Shown here: positions 27,219-40,747 of the stretch, one piece after another | How positions within the stretch are numbered: the stretch's first letter is position 1 | Layout: the number at the start of each line of letters is the position of its first letter | DNA from: Kudoa neothunni | Lineage: Eukaryota; Animalia; Cnidaria | Assembly: GCA_964304625.1 (NCBI GenBank) | Contig: OZ199839.1 | Span: forward strand, 11,252,847 to 11,316,846 | Length of the DNA stretch: 64,000 nucleotides | Direction: 5' to 3' | Notes under the pieces: model-generated | Seen by the model: the letters and a program-made list of their open reading frames with translations, nothing else | The model's database searches: none | Told to the model about the DNA's origin: nothing | Translations under genes and position numbers: made by a program

Positions 27219-27947
27219 ATGCCTTGCCGTGGACCTAAAACATATAAAGTTTCCGAACTATATCTACGAAATAAGAAAATTTTTGATCATGTTAACATTT
27301 TTGAAAGAACTCAAATTAACTTAAATGAAAAAGTGCATTACTTGGAGGGTTCATCCGAAAAAAATATCCTTAGAAAACAATTTGAGCAAAAACTTAATAA
27401 TTGTCCCTTTTTCACCTCTAACACAATTCGAAATATTGTGGTTTCTAGCAAAGTTGTTGAGTCAAATGAAATGAACACATATTTTGATCTTGGATGGAAA
27501 TTTTTTGCTATGACACCAACAAAGTTTTTTTTAGGATGTTCTTTGCACGAAATATTATTTGAAATTTTTAGTCGTTTCAACAAATACATCAAAGATCAAA
27601 AAGTTCTACTTTATCTTATGGATTCAGAAATTTTTTGGCAACAACCCGATCAACCTTGGATCTCTGCTTGTTTGTGTGAGGTTGTGCCTATTAAGGTTTC
27701 TGCTAAGCTTCCTCCTAAACCTCCCGTTAAAATTAATGATAATGAAATAACTCAAGCCTCAAATAATGAGATATTTGCTCAGGAAAATAATTTGGAGGGT
27801 TAATATTTGTATTGATGACATTTGGGATTTATGTTTGGTTTAGCTGCACCCTCTATAGCATCAGATGATATCGGATTTTACGATGATGAAGACAGCGATT
27901 CCATTGTGGCAGATGACGCCGTTAATGCTGAAAATAAAATTAAATAG
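27219..27947 (+). CDS. Hypothetical protein with a Pro-rich linker and acidic C-terminus
   Basis: 194-codon ORF extended by a GT-AG intron at 27799-27843 into exon APSIASDDIGFYDDEDSDSIVADDAVNAENKIK*. No family recognised. Confidence 0.7.
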
Positions 27948-30197
27948 AATTTTTTAATATTCCATTGTTTGTATTACAATTATAAATTGTTATTTTATGG
28001 TAGCCTAGTTCGCTTTAATGATTAGTTCGTTATCAGTTAAAAATCCAAAATTTTTTGATTTACCTTAAATTACGAAATTTAATCGTGTTAATAAAACACT
28101 CTTGTTAATTCTAATGAATTTACCTTATCTATGATACGCTTGCTCTTGAGTTGTTATGTTTTAAAATCCTGAGTCGCCGCTTAGAATGGTAAAATTATTT
28201 ATGATCTTTGTAATATTTTATCTTTTCTTATGTTGATTATTACTTTTTTTACAGTGGGGAGCGAGAATAATTATAATCTTTCAAAATTTGAGGTTATTTG
28301 TAATGATGATTAATATTAATTTAGGAAAATTATGCGTATCCTAGGTTGAATCGATTAAAACGGAATTTGTCGCATAAAATCAGTTTTTGGAATACCAAGG
28401 GAGAATGTTGCGTCCGTATGATACAAAATATAGTCGTGGATTTTAGAATATGTTTTTAGCAATAATCATTCATCCAAAACTTCTCAATCTTTGGTCTAAT
28501 GACTAGTATGTGGGTCGTGGCTAACGTTATCACCACAAAGCGGGGACCTCCGGGAAAATTTTTGTTGGACAAAATCAGATTATTTTATAAAACAAAATTA
28601 ATATATAATTATATGCATTTGAATTTATAATTTACTCAGAAATTTCAGAGTTGTGGCATCACATGGTCGACGTGTCGAAACATTTTCGCATCCGTATAAG
28701 ACTATTATTGTAGAACACGACATTCTACTTCTTCCGAATGTTTGGGTAAATTCATCGGAATAAAATATTCATTTTTGAAAAGCGATACTCATAGTTAGTT
28801 AAAGTAGAGATGTGAAATATTTTTTAATGGAATATAAAGTATTTCAATTGATAAACGACGCTTTAAAATGAGACTGAATTTAATTTTGTGACGTAATCAC
28901 ATTTTGGATATTTATATCATTCAATTTCGATTAATATGCGTATTTATTAAGAATTTGCAGTTTTGAATGAGTTCATTGAAAGCATCCAGAATGACGATTT
29001 CAAATTTGGATCTAATCAAAACTTATGTTTAAGTAACCTAATTCTTTTAATTAATTCGTATAAATTTATAACTCTAGCTTTCGATTTATTCAAACAATTT
29101 TTTATTTACTTCCTAGCTCAGAATTCGACAACCTGCGGCTCCCCACATTACTGCATAATATACGTTATAATATCTAGGGTTAAAATATGGAGAAATTATA
29201 TATTTTCTAGTCGCCGAACTCATCATTATGTTCAAATTTTATATTAACAGCAGACATAAATCAATTTTTAATTGAAATATATGGGTATGAAAGAATGTAT
29301 GGTACTCCAACATCACCGACTTGAAATAATATTCTTAATTTGCAACTTACTAGATAAATATAGAAATATAGAAGGAAAGGATTCAGCAAAAACAATAACT
29401 TATAAAAATTACGAATTTCGCATAGAACATTGCCCTATACAGCTAAAATTATTAACAAGACACGATAACTCTAAATGTTCTTAATTTTTCCTTTTTTAAA
29501 TTAAAAAATGTTTTTTATCATTATTTCAAAATTCTTATTAATGAAATGATTAATATTAAATTGAAACTACTTAAAAATAAACCTTCTGAATATTATACAA
29601 AATACATCTTATTTGTTTATATGCATAACTTTGTTTAAATCTTTAAATTAGACCGAAGGTAGTGTTTATAGTTTACAAATTGTTCTTAGTAAACTTTCTT
29701 ATATAAAATGCAGTTATACATACATTTTTATTAAATGTTATACATTAAAAATAATAATCTTGTAATATTAAAAGTTCCTTAGTTTTGATAAAGAGAAAAC
29801 ACAATATAAAATGCCGTTGAAATAAATAAATTGATGAAAATACACTAGAAATTAAATTAGTGATTCAATCTTAAAAGATTAAATTATATAGTTGAAATTT
29901 TCTTTTTGTTGACAATAATATTCATGAAAGTTAAATTTTTATGGTGTATTCGTTGTATAGAAGTTAATGGTAGAATTTCTAATTCATCATAATGGAAATC
30001 ATTGAAAACGAAATTACATTATTATTTGTAGTAATCAGAAAAATTCAATTGTTAAATTGTTTAGTTTTATTATTTTCTCCTACATTAAATATACTTATAA
30101 TGAAAATAATGGGTTTATTAGTTATAGAAAAACGCATGGATATACCAGTAGATAATTTTCCCCAGACTTCCCTAAAATATATGTTTTCAAGGTTTAA

Positions 30198-32760
30198 CAC
30201 ACGTACTGAGTCGACAATTTTCACCTTTAAATGATTTTGGGGTCGTTTTTGACCCCAGGATAGAAATATCAGTCTTACGAATAGATTGCTCCACCAACAA
30301 CGACAAAAATATTAAAATTAATTAGTAAAATATAATTAACTAATAATTTTGGTTGCAATTTTCACACAATATTGGTATATGAGGGTTAAACATAGGTTTC
30401 ATATAATCAATCTTAATGGTAAGTTGAATGTTTGTTATTATGCTCTCTCGGGAAAATCGAACATCTTATCCTTTAGTTTAAATCTCAGTTTCGCGAAATT
30501 TGATTCTGGTAGGCTACATTGTCAATGCCGTATTCATTCGTTATTTCTTCAATTATGCTAACATTATATTTTCTTTTTGCTCATGTGTGGATAATCATAA
30601 TTTTATTGGGACGGATTTTTATAAAAATATTTGATCACAGGGTTGAAAGCAATTATTTTAAAAGAATTTAATATTAATTGAATTGCATTTTAAATAAAAT
30701 TTAATAAAAGATCTAAATTTGATTTTTTAATTACTGCACAGATATAGTGATAAAAAAGATAATCAACGTTGGGCCAGTATGTACGAATAAATACACTTCA
30801 ACCAAACCTTTGTTAGAAACAAGGTACCCGTTATCAATTTTTCGCTTTTCAGTATCCGATGTGGTTAAAATTAAACATCTTGAAAAGGGATAACGTGTTT
30901 AATTGGTTTAGCAATTATTTTTGGAAGTATAGTAGAAATAGGAAAAATAGATATCGAATTTGTTGCTAAAAATCAAATTCGATAAATTAAATGGCTCATT
31001 TTTCAATAAATTTTCTTTAGATTATTGAATAAGGTAATTTGTAGCAGAGTAATTTTATTATTGAAAGTAGGGCTAATCTGTTTATAATAAGCGTCATTAC
31101 AAAAAATATAAATAAGGAAGTTTCCCTCTATAATTTTATTGATTTTTTAGTTTGCGTAATTTTTGTGACGCCACATATTTTGGTTAATTCATATGATTTA
31201 TTCCTACAAATTTTCGAAATATTGTTAGCCATATATAATTATTCATGTTTCTAATTGTAAATCTAAAAAAAACAGTTATTAAACTTGAGCATAAAAAAAT
31301 ATGACAATTTTATATTTACGGATGAATTAATATTAGTCTACCTTTTAAAATATCTTAAAGAGGAACTAAATCCCAAATCTATCAAAATTAGATAAATTCT
31401 ATAATAAACTCGCTATCGCTCCCGCCGACCGAATGGAACATCATGGGGCAAGATCTGGCCTATGGGTCATGCTATGCCTACCGCTCTTCAGGATCGTTCT
31501 AGAAAATCTTGGAAGGGTCTAAAACGCTGAAAAGATTTTGATGTCAAAGACAATGTTAAAATTTATTTATTATGTCAAATTATTAATGTTATAATATAAT
31601 TATTTATTCTGAGGTCAAAAATGACCCTAAACTCATTTAACCCTAGGAAGACGGAACTCGAAAAACTTATGCGTGTGCCAAAGGGGGTACCTAAGGTGTC
31701 CAGAGATTTTTCAACTTAATTCGCTCGCAGTAATAAAAAATTTGTTTTATGTAGTTATTACTTAATTTAAAACAAAAGTAACTGCCCACTATGTAAAAAT
31801 ACTTAACCAGCTAGAAAAAAATACAAGAAATTCGTAGCCGTCACTTTAAGAAAAAAGCGAGAATAATCAAGAAATTCCTCAAAAATATATGTTAACTTGT
31901 ATGAAGCTATAAACTAATTATTGGAAAACTCAAGGTAGATTTTCAAGTGAATTTGTCATATGAAAGGAACAACCGACAAAACCGCCACATCAAAGATATC
32001 CGAATGTTTTCATTAATCTCATTTTGCGATTGCGGTATTAAAAGGTAGGAATATTTCTTTCCCATTAAACAACTACTTTTTCTATTATAATTTTTATTCT
32101 ATGGTATGAATCATTGCTGATATAAAAAGAAAAACCCAGTTGGGACAAAATTAATTATTAATGTACCCGTATTTTCAAAATTAATATACTACCAAGAGCA
32201 CTCGTGTCTTACAATAATCTCAGGGTAATCTCAAAGCTTGTCAGGTTCTTCCGATAGAAAATAAAATCAAAACTTAGTCATACTCTTATTGCTTTTATTC
32301 TTTTGAAAATTAATTTTTAGTTAAACTTAAATAAATATAATAGATTCAAAGGCCTTTAAACACTAAGTACCTTTGGTTGGGGTTTGAAAAATAGTCTATT
32401 ATTTTATATCCATAAGAAAACCATTGTTTATCGGTTTAATTTAAAGTTTATTTGATATTAAAGGATTACATTGAAAATTCTAGAGAAAATAAAAAGGCAA
32501 AGGTAGTAATTTCGAAAAATAAAATAATTAGGCTTCTTAAAATACCCCGTAAGCCCCGTAGGGGTTAAAGGTGAATTTAAGTTAATACGTGAATAAAAAC
32601 GGAATGGGATCTAACATAATAACAATATCTTATCACATAAAATGACATATATAGAGGTGAATGTACTACGATAAATTTGAATTTTTAATGCTGATCAATA
32701 TAGCTTTTAAGAAGTGAACTTTTTTCTGGGGTCATTTTTACCCCAAACTCAGTATGAGTG
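30198..32760. mobile_element. Non-autonomous piggyBac-type element A (host of a nested insertion)
   Basis: TTAA|cacacgtactgagt ... actcagtatgagtg|TAAA. Subterminal repeat cacctttaaatgattttggggtcgtttttgacccc (30222-30257) is inverted at 31609-31640 plus 32569-32573. Confidence 0.75.
31641..32564. mobile_element. Non-autonomous piggyBac element B, nested in A
   Basis: TTAA|CCCTAGG ... CGTAGGGG|TTAA. Removing it restores A's subterminal inverted repeat. Confidence 0.8.
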
Positions 32761-33144
32761 TAAATGGATAAATATTTTGATTTTCGAGCCTATATTTAAT
32801 GTTGCAGCTCCGGAAGTAGGAAAATTTTATCAGCCATCAATAATTGGCTCTTACGGTCATATCGGTTGCCGACTCCTGATTTGACGTTTACTTTGGTCCC
32901 AAACGTAGTTACTAAATATTTAAATCAAATGATATTGACGGGATAAAAATATAAGAAAGCAAGTAGATGGAATTAGGTGACACCGAGATTATGAATCGCT
33001 GATTTTAATTTCTCGTGAAATTATAATACTGTCAATGACCGGTTTTACGTACTTTTCACGCACGCATTATAGAAATTTATTAAATAACATAATTAAAATG
33101 CGCGAATTCAGGTAAAAACGTTAAATCTTTTTTAAATGAAAGCA

Positions 33145-33856
33145 CAGTCGTCAATCGGGTTTAAACAATCCCTTCGGGATCGCATATATATGTGTGTGAA
33201 ATTGGTAACGTCCAGTTTTACACATTTATTATCGCGCGTGTACAATAATATACATAGCTATTTAATGCAATTGAATTGCATACATTTAAAAAACAAATAA
33301 TTTTTTTTCACTTAGAAATTAAATATTTAGTTGTTTTGGTCATCCAAAATTCTTCCAAATATTTGAAATAAAGCTTTCACCATTGCAATCAAGATCGGTC
33401 GAACTTTTTTGTCAAATTTGGATAGTTTTTTAAACTCATTTTAATAAATTCGCAAATAAATACAATAATCGATTTGTGTTCAATCATTTTAAAAGATTTT
33501 ATTTGTGGTTTTTAAGCAGTCATAGGGGTTGGATACGGAGGATATGCCTGGTGTTTCATAATAACATAATTGACTACTTTGGGGAAATATTATTGACGTA
33601 TCTTATTATTTCATGTTTTGATATTATTTTTTTTAATTCTTTCGAACATTAAACAAAATTCATCTATTTTTTTCAAAAACGTTCCAAAAAAATGAGTAAA
33701 CTGTTGGGTCACGTGGTCAACAATCTAGAAATTTTGCAATCTCATTATATTATTTAGATCCAAATTCTTTAATAAAAAAATAATATATATTGATTGTATA
33801 TTTGATTGTTCAAATTGTTTTTCTTTTAAAATGTGCGTAAAATTTGTCACTGACTG
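33145..33856 (+). mobile_element. pogo/Tigger-type MITE family 2, uninterrupted copy
   Basis: CAGTCG ... GTCACTGACTG|TA termini. The interior is the reverse complement of 48385-48985 plus 49926-50170. Confidence 0.75.
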
Positions 33857-34262
33857 TATAATAATTAATTGGAGTAGAGAATTATTAAATTATCTCAATG
33901 CCCAATAAATAGACGTACGCATATACGTTAATTTTTAAGTTTACAAATTTTTATAAACAAAAAGTAATATATAATAGCTATAAATTAGTCTTATTAAAAT
34001 AAAACTTCCTTCACCATACTAACTAATATTTTACGCATAAAAAAATAATTATTATATAGAAAGAAACCTCACAATAAATATAAACACGAAATAATTTAAA
34101 GAATTCAAATATCGAATGTCAAAAATTTCCAGTCATTCCTCAGTGAATTATTTTTTGTTTATCAAATTATTCATCATGATGAAAACAATATTGATAACTG
34201 AGCGGTTATGAAAATCAAATAATATTGAGAGATTGGTTGTTTTTCTAATCACTGTGAAATTT

Positions 34263-35984
34263 TCAAGTTGCTCTATTACAGTATTCGTCGAAAAGATGTT
34301 GATCGATAGCAAACTTCTCAAAACAAGATTTAAAGGAATCCCAAGTGCATAAATTCGAAGATATTCCTTGATTTATGTTGGATTTAGACGTCACAGAACA
34401 ACATTCCATTGGCGTTGCTATTTCGTTCACATAAAGTGATATATATTTCTACAACCGAATGAGAACTTTTCAATGCTAGTAAGTTAATTAATTAATTACC
34501 TGTTGAGTTACTTTGTGTTTCAACATAAGGAAAATGACATTGTTGTTCATTGGCGCGATTTTACCGTATCTTCTAAGTCGTTGAACATGGAGGGATTTAT
34601 CGATAGAGCTTACATTCATTGGAAAATCAATGTATATTTCGCCATTACCATTGAGCTGATTCATGTAAGAAGGTATAGCTTTCAGCAATCCCTATCATAG
34701 GTTGCAATAATTTAGGGTACCACATACAATCGCATGGTAGAATACAATCAACGGGAGGGTGGTTTCAGCGTGGGCAAAATCAGCATAAAAATTAATGTAA
34801 TGTTCATCTTTGTTGTTAGCTGCTTGGCTCATCCGTTTGTAGATATGCCCAAATAGAGGGACAGACATTATGGAGTTGGATTGAAACGAATGACCCAGTT
34901 TGTAATCAGATAAAACGTCGAACAAAAATTCCATCAACAACAGATCGTTACGAGAAAATAATTTACAAAACGGACTTTTCTGAGGATTTCGATCAAATAA
35001 CAACACTTGAAATCGACATATATCATACAGCGAACGAATATTTGTCATAGTTAAATTGATTGTTTTATCGTATGTGTGTGGACTATTCAGGCGAGATCTG
35101 ATGCGGTAGATCATCTCTTGATATGCTTCACTTTGATTAAATTGTTTTTCCACATTAGTGAGAATTTCTTTGTGTGATTGGTACGCATTACAATAGTTAA
35201 AAAATTTCAATTGTTTTCCATCGTTACAACTTCCATCAATGGTCATGTCGATGCCGAGGAAATTGCTGTAAAATCCTTGTTGAAATAATGCCATACTCTG
35301 TTTGCATCTTTGTGCACAGGTGGTACTGAAATGTAGATGATTTGATAGTGGAGATTTATCGTGATGGGTTGAGTTTTGTAGCGTGTCTTTCAGCAACTGT
35401 CCTATATCAATAAATTTTATTGTATTAAATGCCGCTTCAAGATGGCTAATTGTTCTAGTGATTTTTAATAAAAAATACGTTTCTGTTATTTACACAATAT
35501 CATCTTTAATTAACCCACATACCATTGATGACAATTAATAAATAGACGAATATGGAAAATTATAAATTTTTCAACAACTTTCTAAATATTCAATAAGTTA
35601 ACTACCTATTCGTTTCCCAAAGAGATACTGATCCACAAACCCAGGATAAGCTAATTCACTTGTAGCCCCGTTTTTAACGAATTGGTCAATGTCAATTAAG
35701 CTAGCTAATGGGTGTTTTAGGTGCGACAACAGGTCACTTAGTTGTCTCATGTATCCGATAGTTTTGCTGCCTGGATACCGTGCCCCATGTCTACTCAACA
35801 AATACACCATCTCAACTTGATAACCAGCTGGAAGATGGATTTGTTGAGGAACTTTTGATTGAATATCCTTTAACTTTCTATAAGAACTCTTGGTGCCGTA
35901 GAATATATCATTAAATTGATGATCAACCGATCCTCTCACACCCAGCACATAATTTAGTAAAATTGTTAAACAAATCCACATCAT
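34263..35984 (-). CDS. MINPP1: Multiple inositol polyphosphate phosphatase 1 (histidine phosphatase, branch 2)
   Basis: Signal peptide, FYGTKSSY, RHGARYP catalytic motif, LYDICRF, SPFCKLFS, FAHAETTLP, IAPMNNNVIF, LYVNE. The exon junctions at about 35400-35600 and the exact C-terminus are not fully resolved. Confidence 0.9.
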
Positions 35985-37875
35985 TGATCCCTAAATTTGA
36001 TAGTTGTCAAAAAATTATTATCCCCAAACATGAAACTACTGTACTTAGTAACCGATCTGCAATTATACCAAATCACACCACCAATTTAATGAATAATTAA
36101 TAAATGTTGGATAATCCTATTAAATGTTAGATTCAAACCAACAAGATTTTAATACAAATAGATCGAAAAATAAATTTCTCATCAGTATGATAACTATTAA
36201 TATTGTCGTCAAGTCGTTTCTGTCATGTTTAGAGAATAATTATACTTGTTTATCGCAATTTCCTTCCTCTCTAATATCCTTAAGTTTATAGGATTAGCAG
36301 TTCTCTTTATTCTTTTATTATCGTGTATGATTTATTGTCAAACATGAAAGTATTCGCTTGTTCCGATCAATTCATAAATAACTCTTTTTTCACACCTCGT
36401 CATAATAACACGAGAAATGATTAAATTTGGATTATTTTAAGGCGTCATAAATCAGATAACATTGTGTTTTGTTGGATTGGACCAACTAAATCTTGGATAT
36501 AATACGCAGTAAGGTTATTACCCTTATATATAAAGGATTAAGATGGCGGCCGACATCTTAGTTCGATCGGTTAAGTTGAGCAAATGTACAAACCGTTTAA
36601 CCTTAGCACCTTTATATGTTGGAACATAAAGTTATCATTATTTATTGATTTCAGATATATCATGAAAGTTTAATTTATGATTTTATTGTTTTCTCATTAT
36701 TGATATATGATTTGGGGTATAATTTGAATAGATTATTCCCTCATTATACGAATATGTTTTTAAATCGTTAGTGTTGTTCTGATAGCCATTTTTTCGTTTA
36801 TACGTGTCAAGCTCCTAATTATATCATCGTCATCATCATCATCATCATCGAATTATAACATATAATTAATCTGTTTCCAAGTACTAATAATTCCAGGATA
36901 TTGATGTTGTATTTTTTTAATGGAATTTAATAACAAAGAGTTGATAAGCTTAGTTATGTCTTACTTGTGGATATAACAATAAAATAAAACGTGATATTGG
37001 ATACTTTAGAAAAGATTTTACATCTGTAATAGAATAAATTCTAATAGAGAAATTAAAAAGGAGGTTAATTCATTTTTGTATATTTATAACAAACCAACAA
37101 CGTGGCTTGGTCGTTAACAGCAGTTGTCTCGGATGTCCCGTCTGTTGTAGGAGTGTCGATTGCTTGTTGAAGCTTCGCCTACTATTTCCGTCGACACAGG
37201 CCAAAATGTAATAAAATATGAACGTATAGTAATGTGAAGAAATATATTAATAGAAGTATTGGTTTTTATTATTGCAAAAGTTTGTTTAATAAGTTAATTT
37301 AATAATAATTAAATCTTTTCTATTATAATATATTCGAACCGACTGTTTAGTTACACGTAAGAAGAAGATAATTAATAAAATTTTTTTAATAAAAGATAAA
37401 TAATTTAGATTAATCATTAAAATATGGCGAATTCTATAATAACTTTAGTTTTGATCGCTCTTATTCATAAACATAATTTTTACCGTAATGAACTACATTA
37501 GCAGAGATATGACCAAAAATTAATTTTTTAAGCAAATTTACCACGTAAGCGGGAACAATAAAAACTTATAAATCGTCATTCAGAATGTTTAATTAGTAAA
37601 TATTGAAAAAAACATTCATAATAAAATTAAAAAAATATGTTGTTTATTTAAAAATGAATTGTTTTTTTAATTCCGCTACATAGATAAACCCAGCGCCTTC
37701 CGAAACTAAATTATTCCTTCCCAAGAGGTTATCATATATTTCAAAATAGCCTACTGAAATAGATAACTTTGGCTAGTCAATAGATGAATATTTTTTGGGA
37801 TTCAGAAAACACCATATTCGCCAACAACGTATGAGATATGGATTGAGGTTGAGTAGGGTAGAAATTCACCATTAA

Positions 37876-39980
37876 CCTTCTAAATCACTTGAAAATTTAC
37901 GCCCTCCGAGTAAATTTAGGGCATTTTTCACCGAATATTTTTTTGGATCAAACAATTTAGAATATAAAAATAATTATTTTTGAAAACTTTGAAAATTTTA
38001 TATCGATTAAATTTGAAATTATAGACCAACATTTCTAGCTAAGCTTGCATGAACGTACGTGCGCACAAATCAAAATTTATCGTCTGGTGTAGAATGTGTT
38101 GGCAATACATTTACAAGATTCTATTTTCTAATTTAGGAAAGCTTTTAAGTAGCATTAGAATTATTTTATTAAATATAAGAACAAAATAATAATAATAAAG
38201 ACAACATTGACAAAGTTATCCGTTAAAACAATTAAAACAAACATGATTGGAATGGAATTTGCAGAAAGATGAAGCACGAATATCGCATTTTATTTTGGTG
38301 CTTCTGTCATATTTCCTATCGTAAAATCGACATATCCCATAACTAATTTGTATAGTTATAACAGAGAAGTCTTCACTAGCTATCATATTTTGTTTCCGCC
38401 TCAAAGGTAGTCGATGCGTCAATTGGGTTGCCATCCTTTTCAAAAATTCCCTCCTGAGTAATTTTGAAGAAAGTAGGAAATTTTTGTATATATAAAACGT
38501 ATTAATCAGACTGATATCAACCATGTTAAAGAAAACAATTAACTGCCAACGAAAAGTTATTCGTCTAACATTTATTGCTGCCAGTAATCTGGGAATCGTA
38601 TCGACTCCATGTCATACTGCATTATAATGCATTATGACATCGGGTTTAAATGGCTCTTCTTTTGATATTTGGGTGTTTATTGAGGAGAAACAAAGCATAT
38701 AAACAAGGCTATCTCTCCGAGGCAGATATCTTAATATCATGTTTTTGTTATTAAAAACAAAAAGAGATGAATGAAGAGGAGTCGTTCTATTTGGTCTCAA
38801 ATATGGCGGTATCTCCCTCCTATTTGAATACATCTTTCGAACAATCTTAGTTTTTTTTTGTAACAATTCATCTGATAATTCAATTGACGTGAAAAAATTA
38901 TCGCCTACTACATTTCGACGAGAACGTTCAAATGGTTCGGCTAATTTTAAAGCAATATTCCACCCAACATTTACAGTCCTTGTATCATTTCGAGATCGCT
39001 TCCCCAAATAGCCAATCGCGTTGCAAACAAATGTTAACGTTGGGTCAATTATTGAAAAAAACTTAAGGCAATGTTTTGAAAGCATTTTTGTCATATATTG
39101 TTTGAATTTACAACGACTTCTAAAAGCCACTAGTTGCTCGTCGATGCAAAAATTCTCGAAAGGTCGAAAACTCTGGATAAGCGAGTCAACCCGGATATCC
39201 CTGAGTTCACGAATGTGGCAAAATTTATCTAATGTTTTTCTTGTCTCTCGTGTTTCAAAATCGTCGAAATGAAGAGCTCTCTTGATTTGTCGGAATCTAA
39301 TTAAAGAAAATAGATCACGATAAACTTGTCTTCCCTCTTCTAACCCAAACAATTCTTTGACTGGTTGTTGATTACCGTCAAATATCCCCATTAACAAGAA
39401 ATATCGGATGAATCCATCGAATTTTACAGTATCTAATTGTTTCCAAGCATCACCCAAAAAATTTTTTTTGCTATATTAATTTGTATATTTTAAAATTAAA
39501 TCAAATATTTCCTGGCGAAAAAACACTTTAAACGTGTCAATAATTTCATTTGCATTCTACAAAACAAAAGGTGAAACACCAGTACGACTGGTCAAAATAT
39601 TTTCGGCTGTCATTCTAGAAATCGAGGGTCTTTCAATTGTCCACAAGATTCCATTCTTATCTATTAGAGAATCAGATGGATGATTGATTTCAACTTCCGA
39701 GTTATCTGATGACGTATCACGCAAACAGCAATGATCCATGTCTGAAGAATCAGTATCGGAGCAGCTGCCGCTATATTCACTCGAGCTCATGCCCATTTTA
39801 CCAATGACCGACTGACGCGTGCACACTGGAATATTCCCAGTAATATTTGTTGATTTGAACAATAATTCGTCGACGTAAGTGTATCAAATATACCAGAAAA
39901 ATATTATTTTTTATTCGGGACAATTTAGTCAAAAAAAATATTGGGTGGAAAAATCTCCTAATTTTACTCGTAGGGTATTT
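37876..39980 (-). mobile_element. Near full-length piggyBac transposon
   Basis: TTAA|CCTTCTAAAT end at 37872-37885. Subterminal repeat at about 37891-37944 is inverted at about 39932-39980. Contains a transposase pseudogene. The other terminus was not clearly identified. Confidence 0.85.
38216..39790 (-). pseudogene. piggyBac (PGBD4-like) transposase with nonsense mutations
   Basis: IDEQLVAFRSRC, GDNFFTSIEL, HYNAV*HGVD and a C-terminal Cys/His-rich domain. The three ORF pieces share one frame and are separated only by stop codons. Confidence 0.92.
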
Positions 39981-40747
39981 TTGTATTATATTTAAATTTG
40001 TCAATCTAATCACTTTTTGCGCTAGCTATGTATTTTTGTTTTAACAAATGTTTCAGTAGAAAGAAATACAAAAATAAAATTAAGACTTAATTTTTAAACA
40101 AAAAAATGGAATTACTTGTTGAATCGTTAGTAAAACATAATAAAAAGAAGATAAAATTCAACCATTAGGTTGAACAGTTTATATATGCGTTATAATTTAG
40201 ATTAAAAAATATTTAATTGAAGATTATAATCTAAATAAAATTTATTGATAAGTTATATGGATTAATTATTAATGCTAATAATTTATTATAACGATTTTAT
40301 TATATTTTAATCCATATTAAATATTCACTTATGATGCTATATTTAATTTTTTTACTTCGTTTAGATATAATATAAACAAATATAGTTATTGCGAGTGAAA
40401 TTACTTTCGTGATTTAAATTATTTTAACGACTCTCTATAATTGAATTTAATCATATTAAAATTATAACAATAACGGAAAATAAACAAAACTTGTTTTAAT
40501 TATTACAGAGTAATTATTAGATAGTAAAAAATTAATTCTAATTATGTCTATGGAGTTAACTTCCTAGCGAAAAAATTTATATACATTGCAGCTATAATAA
40601 GAAGTAAAAATCCGAACGACATCGGTATGTTACCGCTGCGTAATAATAAAACTTTATTAGATTATAATTAGTAATCTTTATACTTCACTTATAACATACT
40701 TTGGAGAATATAAAATACTAATAGTTATAAAATTATAATAATAAGTT

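Noticed and set aside
28963-30234. Short AT-rich ORFs in the track (also 2669-2896, 14035-14238, 26696-26899, 45925-46176)
   Set aside because: Low-complexity I/K/N/F-rich composition expected by chance in AT-rich DNA, with no motifs.
36100-37250. Possible minus-strand gene with a poly-Asp (GAT)n stretch
   Set aside because: No consistent spliced frame or recognisable motif could be built. The repeat may be a plain microsatellite.
38525-39559. In-frame stops in the transposase as evidence for a variant genetic code or readthrough
   Set aside because: The stops are of different types (TGA, TAA, TAG) in a decaying element, and host genes terminate normally with all three codons.
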